From NCBI GenBank assembly GCA_964035545.1, contig OZ037765.1, positions 17,732,995 through 17,796,994 on the forward strand: 64,000 nucleotides of DNA, read 5' to 3'. The stretch comes from Bugula neritina. Taxonomy: Eukaryota > Animalia > Bryozoa. Under the pieces are notes generated by a model. It searched no databases. It saw only the letters and a program-made list of their open reading frames with translations, and was not told the origin of the DNA. A program made the position numbers and the translations under genes. This document shows positions 27,691 through 40,200 of this stretch, piece by piece (the stretch's first letter is position 1; every line of letters starts with the position of its first letter).

Positions 27691-29329
27691 ACTTTTGCAA
27701 CGAATTTTGTCCAAGTCACCATAAGTTGATGACTCGGGTACATCATTCTATAAACATTGTAGTAAGATAAACTGTTGAATTTCTAACCTTTGTACTAAAC
27801 CTATTAGATAGCCTGACAATGAAATATTTATGTTTTTAACAGCTTTTTAATTGAATTGACAAAATAATTATTGTATGTAGTCTAAGCCACTTAAAATATA
27901 TTATTAACTGCATGTAGACTATACTAATCAATTACTATATTTTCATCTTTTCTTGCAATAAATTTGCTATCTTCACACTGTTGCTCTCTGTTAGTCAAAA
28001 GACTCTATAGTTACTTATGCTATGTAGTCATAAGCAAAACCATGACAAATATTCAGATTTCTTTAAATTAATCTGAATTTTGTATACATTTGAATTAATT
28101 ATACTAAAGTAGCTTGTGACCAAAAAAATGTATATATAAATCTAAAATCTAGATAATACTTAACATCTTTTAGTATACTAAATGTTCATTACTTTTTAGA
28201 AACCATTAGTTGCTTTGGAAATGTAAACTAAGAGAACACCTATTTTGTAAAATGAGATGATAAAATTGCACATAGTCATTGTTACATGGCACACTCTACA
28301 GTCTACACTATTGCCAGGATGGAATCTTTTAGACTTTCACAGTACGTTGCATAAAATCTATGCTTTAAGTTTTATGCGATGCTTAATATAACTTTTGATG
28401 CAATTTTCTATGTTAAATAGTTGTAAAAAACACTTTTTAGCAACCTTGAATAACTTATGCTGTTATTCTAATTTGATTCTATAAATTCCTACTGTTGTCA
28501 TTGTTTCAGTATATAGGAACAATGACAAGTATGCAGTACGTGTGTGTAAATGTTCTAAATTTTTTTACTTCACAGCTAGATTGCCCACATTACTACAGTA
28601 GTTCTATGACAGTTATATAACAAGAAGTGTCAAACATATTTAAAACATTTATATGTCATTAGAGTTTAAGCTAATTTGTTCAATTTCTTCTCTCTATCCC
28701 AAACTATTTATTTGTTGTTTGATCAAAAATAATAACTCAATATATAAGTTGAAGTTACCTATAACTACCTAATATCTATGTAAGCTTTGATTAAAAAGTT
28801 CAACTCTTCAAATTTGACATTAAAAAAGCTCCTCCATCCTCAATAGTTTTCTGACTGGCTGCTATTTGTGCTATTGTACCTGCAAAATAACAATTTGCAG
28901 CTGTATTCTTAAAACCACTTAACAAATTAACACCAATTAAGCAACCAAATTAACAAAGTAATTTTACTATTTGAAGTTAAATTTTTTAAATCCAGTGTGC
29001 AGAACCGAGACCTAATTTTTGTAGTAGCCTGCTCAATTTGGCTGAAAGGGTTTCGAATTTTTATAATATAGACTGGCAACCTAAATGGGGGCTTCCTTTC
29101 CATTTAATGAACGGCCACTTTCATATAGAGATCTATCACCTATGTATGTTGCTCAATGCGTTAACAAAAGATGGCAACACTGATATTTTTATCGAATGTT
29201 CAAATTGTAACATAGAGTTATCCCACCATTATTTATTTTATGATAAATAATTAGTCTAGGTTCCAGTACCGCTAGTGAAAATATCTACTTGATGACTAAT
29301 TCATAATCGTTTTTAAAAAGTTGTTCTAT

Positions 29330-29570
29330 AAGCAGCTTCACGTTGGGAGTGATTAAGTGCAGCAGTTTAGAGTTCTAGAGTGTTGAGTTTGATGTTTATT
29401 GTAAGCCCCAACTCTAACCTCGAGAATCACAAACTACTGCACTCAATCACTCTCAACTCCGAGCTGCTTGTACAACAATTCGTTTCTAAAGCTTTTTCAT
29501 TTTGTGCTGGATACAATCCATTGAACATCGAAGCTGATTTAATTTTATTCAACTTGAATTTTTATATATG
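29330..29570 (+). promoter_or_regulatory. Probable PFDN5 promoter / non-coding first exon
   Basis: CpG-containing segment followed by a periodic tract (29580-30000); PFDN5 ATG exon begins at an acceptor (cag 31281-31283). Confidence 0.45.
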
Positions 29571-29579
29571 CTTATGCTT

Positions 29580-30000
29580 AGTCTTACGATAATGATAATC
29601 ATAAATAACAGTGATAAGGCCATTATTATTACCAGTTTAACTACCACCTTGCTTTTCGTAGCTTCACTATAAAATAAAAATTGAATGCGTGTACTACTAC
29701 TACTAGTAGTAGTACTAGTACTACTACTACTACGTCTACTAGTACTACTACTACTACTAGTACTACTACTAGACCTAGTACTACTAGACCTAGTACTAGT
29801 ATTAATTACTTATTACTTATTAGTTATTACTGTCACACTTGTCAGTCATGGGCTACCGCTATGACTACTGTTACTGTTTACTGTTATCAATGTGAATATT
29901 ACTATGAGTATCATGATGATGGAAGATTATCATTATGTAAAATATAAATTTGCTTATTATTTTACTAATAGAGTAATACCACTAGTAGATCTGGTTGACT
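29580..30000. repeat. Periodic TNA / (ACT/AGT)n tract in PFDN5 first intron
   Basis: tactactactactagtagtagtactagtactac..., tgactactgttactgtttactgttatca, tgagtatcatgatgatgg. Confidence 0.8.
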
Positions 30001-31315
30001 ATCTTTGCGACCTAAGTGGAATAAATTTTGAAACTACCATAAATCAAATGTTTGATGAGAAAATTTACTGAGGATGGTTTTACTTTTAATCAAATAGTTA
30101 TTAAATTTCCTGTTTATAGTACATATTTTTTCTGCTTTAAGTATGAGCCCTTCCCTTAAATATACTTGTTAGGCACTTGAATTTCTAATTATATTTGATG
30201 TATATTCACATACATTGCCTATACATTCACACTGACACTAAAGTAAGCCTAGAACCAATTGGTAACTTCCACTTAAACCAAGTGTTCTATATGAGGCTTG
30301 AAATTTTGCTCTAGTGGCTGAAGCCATTTTAGTTTTCATTTGCCTTAGCAAATTTTTATCAACTTCTCTACACGTGTTTTTATAATTATTTTGGTCATAT
30401 ATTTATCCCTAGGATGCACAGTGCTTACTGGTTTGGTTGTGTCTAACAAAGATTGACTCAATTGGAATTTGATTGATTAGTTAATTAATATTTTCTCTGT
30501 TTACATTTTTTGGTAATGCTATAAAAACTCACTGTATTGATGATCTTTTTTATTTATGCTACAGGAACTGCTATATAATATTTATTAACATGTGTATATG
30601 TTTCTGCCTTATTACAATAAATAATAAAAAAAACTATTTTTGGATCCATAGAGATAAAGAATTATTTCAACTTTTTGACATAAGATTCAGCTATTTATAA
30701 TGAATAATAAAATGAGATATACACTGAAATCAGTCAGTAAAAGTATACATTATATTTTTCACATAATGTATTTTGTACAAAATAGTAATCTAACTTATGA
30801 CAATAGTGCTATGGGTGATAGTTTACGACTTAATTACAACCCTTATTTTAAAATGTTATAATAAATAATAATATGGACTAATTTTATAAATATCTTCATT
30901 GAATTTATACAATGTAAAGTTAATTTTTCTTTTTTTAAAGGCACCTCTAGTGATGATTTTTAATTATTATGTATAAATAAATATGTTGCTTTATTACTTT
31001 TTATGGAAAAATTATGGAATGGTTCGAATTCACTACATAATTATTCTAATAAAAATTGTTTTAACTAATTAAAACTTGATGGATTGTTAAATGAGTTTGA
31101 TTTAACGCTTTGATTTTCTGATGCATCAAATTTGAATTTGGCAAATTATCATGATTAATATTTATTTATAAACTTTTATATTTGTAATAGTCAGAAAAAA
31201 AATTTCTTCTACTGTTGATAAATGTTCCAGTATCAGTTTCAACCTGAGTTATTTCTGCTTCTATTATGTTCAATCATTCTCAGGCTTGTATATTTGGAAA
31301 ACTATTTTATGAGAC

Positions 31316-33710
31316 ATGGCTCCTGGAAAATCCAAAGCAACCTCAAAAGATGATTCAACAAATTCTAAAAGCTCTGATGGACAAGTGGTGGATATTGCAC
31401 AACTCCCAATTCAACAAGTTAATCAATTAGCACAAAGCTTAGACAAGGTATTGTTGCCTAAAGTGTCTAGGTTGTAGACTAGACTTTACTAAGAAGTATC
31501 TATATGTTAGTTCTAGAGATTTATGAATTTATACCAATATTTGCTACAGAAGTATGTAAGCTTCTGACCAAACCTTTTGTTGAAAGCTGTACTTTTTTTA
31601 ATCCATGAACTCACACAAAGATTATCAATAAAATATGTTTATTATCTTAATTGATTATCTCGTGAACAATGACAAATTTGCCAACTAAAAATGTGTAATA
31701 TAGTTTTAACTACTGTATAAGGATGTGCTAGAATGGACAGCTTTGATAACTGTACATGTATGTGTTACTTACTTTGTTTTTCTAGGAGTTAGATTATCTG
31801 CAGAGCTCAATGCAACAAATGAAAGATATTCAATCTAGATTCGTGTCAGCAAAGGATACACTTAAATCGGTCAACACAGAGAATGCTGGCAAGGAGATTA
31901 TGGTTCCACTCACTTCATCTGTATCCTTTGTTATTCTGTTGTGTAGCCAAACCTTTTTTTGGGTTTCTAGAACTTAAATCAAGTTTTGAAAAAAATGTCA
32001 AGTTTGAATTTTTTCACATTTTGGCATTTCTTTATAATAAAACTGAAATTAGTTATGGCATATTGCCATCCTACAGCTGTATGTGATTCAACAATTCTTC
32101 CAATGCTAATATGTGAAGAGTTTTCAAATTGTAGAACAATATAATGTTAACATTAATAAGCCAAACAACTAATAGAACTACCAGGTTTATTGCTTATCCT
32201 TATATTGCTGAAACTTTAAAATGGTTGGCGTTTCCTTAATTTACTGTTTCAGTTATATGCTGCAGGCACTTTGGCTGGTGATAACAAAGTTCTTATAGAT
32301 ATTGGTACCGGCTATTATGTTGAAAAGGTAACATATTCTTCACTTCACTTAAAATGTTGAGTCAACTTTTCAAAGTCTTCTTTCAATATTATTGTTTATA
32401 TAGTGAAATAAATTTGATACATACCAGATTTCCCTGCAAAAACGTCCAGTGAAACAATGGTTTTCACGACTTTGTCTTAGAATATTGGGTGTTATTACTT
32501 ATTTGTAGTTTATATTAATTTTTAGGCCTGTTACTGTATGTAGAGTTTTTTAAAAGGAAATTCACATTAAATGTAATTTCACTATTTACCTTCCCACATA
32601 TATCTGGGATGATTATTTTTTACATGGTTTGTTGCTAGACAATTAATGAAGCAAGCCTATATTACAAAAGAAAAATTGAATTTATTACCAAGCAAATGGA
32701 TCTGATTCAAAAGCAGTTGGTTGAGAAATACAACTTTAAGCAGGGTAAGTTTGTTGTATTATTGTGCTATAATCTTAAATCTCATTTGAAAACAAAACGA
32801 ACACGGTTTTCCAGTTCAGGCTTTGGTTGAATTTCTGCCATTATAAATTATTTTTAAAATGCACCACAAACTGAATATGGGTTAAAGCCTTCTTCAAGTT
32901 ATAAATTCGAACTTGTAGTTCTGTAGAACAAGCAATCATTGGAAATTTAAAATTTTTTTAAAAATTCCTAATTCGTATGTTTTAACTAATTAAATTATTT
33001 TTGTATTTAAAAAAATAAATTGCCATAGTTTCAATGGTTCCTCAAGTTATTTAATAAGTGATACTCATTTAGTGCACTGCCATTACTCTGGTTTAATGAT
33101 CAAAATGTATCATGACAAAGCTTATCTGTTGCTCAAATCCTAGTAGATTAACACAGTTTAGTAATGCATCACCAGTGTAGCTAGTGGATACAGAACTTGC
33201 TATACCTATGCAATGTTGAGAGTGATCATGTGATCCACTAACTAGGCAAGCAGAAAATCTTGCAGTTTCTTTATAGTATAATGCATAGCAATAGCCATGG
33301 AAAAGGGTCAAATGCATCTAATAATTGTGTTTTGCCTATCTTATTGCAAAACATCACAAGTTTTATAACTAGTCGTCCATGATATTAAAAGTTAAGTATT
33401 TAGTTGAAAATGTAAAAATAGTTATAATCTGGCAAGTTCTGATTTAGGAAACCTATCCTTGTAAGTTGAGTTATATACAGTGCATCTAGCATTGATCGGG
33501 TAAACAAATATGATTGGCATTTGTAATTTGCTAACCAATTTAAACAAATTGAGTTTATTTTAGTATCAGTTAACTCATGAAATATTTCGATGAAATAAAT
33601 CCAAGCTGCACTAAGTATAACTTATTGCGATAATTTTAGTTATAATGGAGCTGTTACAATCAAAGATACAAGCACAAACATCACAGATGCAACAGCAGAA
33701 AGCCTCCTAG
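31316..33710 (+). CDS. PFDN5: Prefoldin subunit 5, 172 aa; exons 31316-31447, 31786-31920, 32253-32327, 32639-32744, 33640-33710
   Basis: ...VDIAQLPIQQVNQLAQSLDKELDYLQSSMQQMK...[60 protein letters not shown]...VIMELLQSKIQAQ...; alpha-prefoldin signature VPLTSSxYxxG...[13 protein letters not shown]; 519 nt in frame. Confidence 0.96.
31921..32252 (+). other. U12-type (minor spliceosome) GT-AG intron in PFDN5
   Basis: 5' site GTATCCTTT at 31921 and branch site TTTCCTTAAT at 32231-32240, ending 12 nt before the intron end. Confidence 0.93.
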
Positions 33711-34240
33711 TTGAGCGAACTGTTGGCATTTACACTATTTGACTGAAAGGTATATAATAATGCCAGTGTATGCTTTGCATGGTTTTATATATTGTATTGT
33801 GTGAGCTTTATTTCAATCATAAATAAACCATATCAATAAAAAGTATAGAATGTTTACTTTGTAAAACATAAAAATTTGAAAATTATTCTACTGCCTATAA
33901 TAAAAAACAAGTTTGAGGACGGTTTCAACATTAAAAGCAACTTTGGACCCAAATTTTATAAAAGAAACACAATAATATGAATAAGGACACTTGGCGTCTA
34001 TTGTGTTTTCATTAAATAAACATATTTAGTCTACAATAATGATTAAAAATAATTATCACAGAATGAAAAAGCAATATGGTTAGAAATTGAATGCTAACAA
34101 ATTTGAAATGTAAAAATATAAGCCTTTTAAAATTTATCGATAACCTTTAATAAATTGGGTAAGATTACAAAAATATGCTGAACAATATCATTGGTTAATA
34201 AAATCCGATTCTAATCTCCAAAGGGAAGCTAGTTTATTAA

Positions 34241-37200
34241 CTACCCAGTTGCGGCATCATGTAGCTGTATGAGTTTCTGTACGATCATGCCGTGTCCAGC
34301 AAACAGCAGTAAATCTGAACTGGCATCAATCCAACCAACTTTACTTACTTTAACTCCAGGCTACAGCAAAAAATTTACATATGCACAGCAACATTCCAAG
34401 AAAAATAAGGACATACGTATTATTTTGCAACTGCTAGTTTCACAGCTTTGAATACATCCCTATATTTACACATAAATATATTGTGTGAGACTCAACTTTG
34501 CCCAAGTTACTGTTTAAAGATTTTTTCCCTCATAAGCATAGAACCAAGATTGCATACACTTTGGCAATGAAAGAACATGATGGTTTGGATTTGTCCACCC
34601 ACATCATATACATGTACCACGGCCACAGTACTCTTATTAACAATGAACTAAAACTAGTTTAAGGACTCTTAAAATTTTACATGATACCCATGCTTTATAA
34701 CACAAGAAAATGTTTGGGCTAAAAACCTTAATTAAAACTTATTTCATAAGTTTAAGTTTAGGACACCAGCTTTAAATGAAAGTGTGCATCTCTGCTTTTA
34801 AAGCAATTGTTCATTTTTATTATATAACATGTGGTAAAAGGTCAGAAGTCATGGCAAAAATGATTGTTTTCATTCATAGAAATTATTTACCTTCAGAGTC
34901 AAATCTTTTGTCCCTTCACCTTCATCATGGAAATTGTATGCAAGTGTCTCTACCCAAGCATTATCTGTATTTCTTGGATCATCACAATAACCTTCATATA
35001 TCTATATAAATTCAAAAAAATGTATTTATGCATTTCCTAACCTTGCTTATGCAATTACACTTGGTTAATTTTAAATTTGAAATGAAATTTTAGTTTATAT
35101 CGAATTTCTTATTATAAAATATTATTAACTGTCTGAATTCTGACAAGTATTTAATGTAGCCATGTGCTATGGCCCAGGAGTCATTGCATTGGAGTATAGG
35201 TACTCACAATCACAGGATGAGCTATAGATTCGAGAGCAGCCTGACAATCTGGAGTCATACAATCACCAAAGGCTTTCTCTTTGATAGCGGAGAGAGCTAT
35301 TGCCTCTTTACCATCATTATTCTTCTGATCAGTCATCAACTAAAGAATAAATTTATTGTTTAATTTAATACATGTTTTCTAATAAGTAATTAATTGTTAT
35401 TCATTACTTATTAGAAAAAGCCAGTTGCAATGACATGGCATGCGTTTTCGAGGTAATAAATGATTAAATTTAGTGTTCTAGATAAAAAATGTAACAAAAG
35501 AAGTTGTGTTTTCTTGAAAATTTAAACCTGATCTAAAATTTAAAGAACCTAAGCAATTCAACTTTTTCATTTACTGTACCAAAATGATATTTCCATTTAA
35601 TTATTACAAGTAAAATTTCTAATCAAACTAGTTTGCTTAAGGAGGGCGCAAAGGTTGCTTAACATTTGACCTTCCGTACACTACATTTGCACGACAAGCA
35701 AAGCTATTCACCTAAATAACTCATCTATGCTGCAACTAGAGCATGACAGATAGAAAAATACTATTTTATTTAATTTTTGCACTATTTCAAAAATATTGTG
35801 CTAAAATATGTGTGAATGACGTGAAGGGGAGGGGGCACATCAGGTAACTATAGCAACCAGTGAAACAAATTGGCATCTCAAACTAAAAACAGTTTTTTTC
35901 ATAGTTTGCAATATTTTGGCCATATTAACAAAAAATAATCATATTTCTAGTGTTTAAATGCAAAGTAAATATAAAAGGTTGGAATCAATAATAAACTCAG
36001 ATAAGCATAGATGAGTGCTTTAAAAACTGCACAACAAAAATCGTGGTAGGGGTTTACAATGAAACAACAAATGTGTACCATTTGCCAAGTTGGCCCAGTA
36101 TATAACATCTAAAAAGATTGAGAAGTATAATTCTTGAGAAACAAAATATGCATTATAAATAAATAAAAATATTACTTTATTTCTATATGGGTATAGACAT
36201 GAAGGGGGCCACGCATATCACTTGCATCAAAAATCTTAGCAGCAAAGTATGTATGAAAATATTTTTAGACATTTTTAAACATAGATCTGTGTACTTATTT
36301 GAGACTGGGGTATTTTATGAAAGTTTGCTATATAGCAGGTTGCCAAGACATGTTGTAATACAGAGCTATCTGCCAGTGCTTACCCCTGGTAGAGACCACT
36401 CTTCAACATCAGTTCTTTTCACTCCAATAAACTCCAGAACTTTCTTGTCATTTTTGATTTCAAAGTCACCGTTAGGAAATCGCTTCCACCGAGAGACGAT
36501 AGCGTCCAAAGCATGGTTTGGCCCCCACCTACCCAGGTTGCCTCTTCCTGAGAGACCAGTTCTACCAAACGGATTCAATGGTATACCAGCGTTATCTACA
36601 ACAGCAGCACAATATTTGTATAAACACAGAAAAAATTCAGTCCATAACATATTGTAAATTTTACTTTAAACATCATACTATATCAATTGTATCTTGACTC
36701 ACTCCATTGATCTGCAATTACTACAATTTACAGTGATACTTTGTAGTAGTTATGTTGAATAGAATTTGCCATCCAACAGGTCTAAAGCCAGTTACCTTTA
36801 ATCAATTATTAGCAATTAATGTATAGTAAGATGCTATGTATTACAAACTCACCAACTGATCTGAATAGTTAAAAGTATATTATAATAATTTAGTTGGATA
36901 TAATGCACTGAATACTCACTGAGCTGATAAGCTCCATGAAAACTGACTCTGCATATATCTCCATCTTGCTGATTAAATCTAAACTTCAACTCTATCTCTG
37001 TTTTACTCCTGTAATGTGCATGAAAATACAGCTGTAATATAATATGTTATACACTTATAAAATAATGAGCAAGGGGCATGTATGTTCCTATTGTTAAATT
37101 TACAATATTCACTAATGTATTATACCAAGTAGCAGTTAGTTGTTTAATATTCATCACCTTCTTATGTTCTGAAACAAAAGTCACAGAATTTTCAACTACC

Positions 37201-40200
37201 CTTGAAATAAATTTACTAATAAAACTGATAGTTCGTAAAACTTCAAATGAACCAAAGAATAATGTTAATATTTGTTTGTATATATAACCTAAATACTGGG
37301 TCAATAATTTATTTAGATTATAAATTTAGTTATATGAATCTTTAGCTCACATGATGGAGAAATCTATATTGAAAACAAATTTTGTAAACAGTCAACTACG
37401 TAACAAAACACAATAACATATCAAGCTACTTACATTTTAGAAATGTCAGGATCAATAAATCCTTCTTTGCCAAGCAAGATAACATCAGACGTGTAATGAA
37501 CGGGTTGATAGCCAGACCAATCAATCTGGTTATATTAAAAGTTAATAACAGTCAATTTTGTAAAGAAGGTGAAGCAATGTATTTTGAGATGAAAAAATTA
37601 TATCATTTGTTTATGGCCACAATTCCTGGAGAACCTTAATGGCAAGGGTTTTTAAGGTAGCTGTATATTTAGCCTAAAATCATGCTGGCAACATGGCTTG
37701 AGTTGTTAATATGGCACAGAAACTATTATGAGTGAATGCTCTCCCTGGCAACACCAATGGTTGTACTGAAACTTACTCTACCAACTTAGTGCAGGTGTCA
37801 TGCAACATGGTTTATTAGAATGGTTTTTTAAAACATGCCCAACCTTGACACTGACGCACACAAATATCAAAATTACATCTATACCAACTACTTAGTATAA
37901 TATAAAATCATCTATGTACGAACAGAGGTGTGCCAGCAGCACTAAGTTAAAGGAGTCAGTCACCAGCTGCTGACAAGTTAACATAAAGTACGACTAGAAT
38001 CTTACCTCCCAGTACACTTTGGTGAGTGGGACAGGGAACCGAGAGATTTTAGCAGCTTTCCAGTAAGGAGAAGCTCTGCATTTAATGTGAACAAAACCAC
38101 CCTTCTTAGCTTTCCATGAATTAAAAAGCTTTTCCTCAGCATCCAAAACTTCTTGTCTTGTGACCTCATCTTCAGGTTGTTTAAGTAGCGGAGGCTTACT
38201 GCCCATTTTACTGCTAGCCATGGCGTGCATGATCCAGTTCAAGGCTTCACCAGTTTGATTCAACTTTTAAAATAAACAACAGCCAGGCTGTAAGACACTA
38301 CATGAATTATGTAAGTAAGTCTGGGCAAAACAATGGACATTCCTTTCGTTACTTTCAATTTTATGTCTAAGCTATACAAGGCGCATGCTATCAATTTATT
38401 AGTTTTAGAAAAAATACTTTCATAAAAGTTTAGTGGGCTTATTATAGTACGAGAAAACTCTGGTGGCAGTTGAACATGATCATTTAAATGATCTAGCACA
38501 AATATACTAATAGCAATAATTGCTTTTTATTACTAACACTGCATTATTTTCTTAGTTGGTGATGCAATGAAAATTTCTGAGCACCTAAATTTTTTACATC
38601 TCTAGTTTATAATATACTCAACGCAAATAGATCTTATGACTGATTGACTTAACTAAGTTTAAGTTGAGCAGTCAAACCCACTCAGTCATAGCAAGTTAAA
38701 ACTATGACCTATTTCTATGTTAAGCAAATCAAAGGTCTAAAAGCCTACTCTTGCTTCCATCTGCTGAACTCTGTCAAATAAAACTGGCAGGTTTCCCATT
38801 GCTTCAGTTGTAGAGGTCAAGCAGTCAAGGTCATTCTTACTTTTCGTCACCTGATAACATGAGGATATTGAGCAGTTGTTGTTAAATAGACCAAAACAAG
38901 TTTGCATATAAATAAACAAATACATGAAACCACTTTGTATAATCTTGCCAGCTATCGCAGACTAAAAATGTTTCAAATATAATAAGTTTAAAGAAGTATA
39001 AAAACATAAAACTGTTGACATAAAAAAATTATATGAAACATATTGGTAAATCATTCTTGATCTTACTTTGAACTCTACACTTGATTCTTCAACAATTTGC
39101 TGCCTTCTACTATAGTCTTCAAAGTTGATTCTCTCCCAGAGTGCCAGTTGCTTCTCATGTTGTTCCTCAAGAGACATCACTGTAATAATAATAATATTGT
39201 GACGGATATGCACCTAAACTGCATACTTAGTATGATGGTTGCTAGGAATCCAAGACTTTTTGAAAAAGTCACCAAGAAACAGATTGAAAAACTGTAAACT
39301 AGAATCCATTAAATCCAAGATAGCTTAGTGTAGGTGTGGGAAATTTTAAATGTGGACTACTTGAAGCAAGGGAAAGTTCATTTCAGTGTTGGGATTTTTC
39401 AGTTTTTGTTGAAAGGTTTTTATCTCCAATTTCTTTTACTAAGCAATTAGTTGAAGTTTTGTCCCATTTTCAATTTGTCTATTTTTAGAAGTTTGTATTT
39501 TGATATTTTCTAAAGGTTGTGCTCCTGCTTGCAATATATATGCTATTCAATGTTATATTATAATATATGAGTGGGCCAAGAGTATTCCAACTTACTGAAA
39601 TCATCTCCAATAAACTGGTTGTTATCTTTGAGCTTTCTATAAATGAATCTAATGAAGAGAGCAAGATGGTTGAATATGATGAAAGGCGGTGGTATGGGTG
39701 GTCTTGTGTAATATTCTTTCACCATAGTATACTGTTGAAACTTCCAATGAATATCCGTGTTTTCTTGAACCAGTGTAAACGTGTAACTGTCAACCACAAG
39801 AATTATATTTGTAGCAAATATAATTTTATAAATTTGACTAAATTATATTGGCAAGTTTAGCTAGTTTCTAGTTATGATGACAAGCATGGTGTGCTGCATT
39901 CTTATTAGTTAAGGGATACTTACTGACTTCTGGTTAGCTATTCATTACACTTACAGCATAGAAAGTGCTACTATGATGCAACAAATATTGAACACTGTTC
40001 TACCTCACAAAATCTTTTTTTAATTTTTCAGCGAAATTTTTAAATTTCAGCATAGCTTATTGGCATAAAAATACTATCCAAAATGCCACATGGTGAATTT
40101 AATTAGTGAGGCAATTTATGTTGACTAAAAAAAATTGATAAGATATTACTAAGGAAAATACCAAAGGTACTGACGACGTGGCAATTTACAGAGAATAATG

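Noticed and set aside
29681-29947. Thr/Ser-rich mucin-like ORF
   Set aside because: Translation of an (ACT/AGT)n microsatellite in the PFDN5 first intron
36187-36657. 156-aa + strand ORF and other + strand ORFs over TRPM2 exons
   Set aside because: Antisense to conserved TRPM2 coding exons
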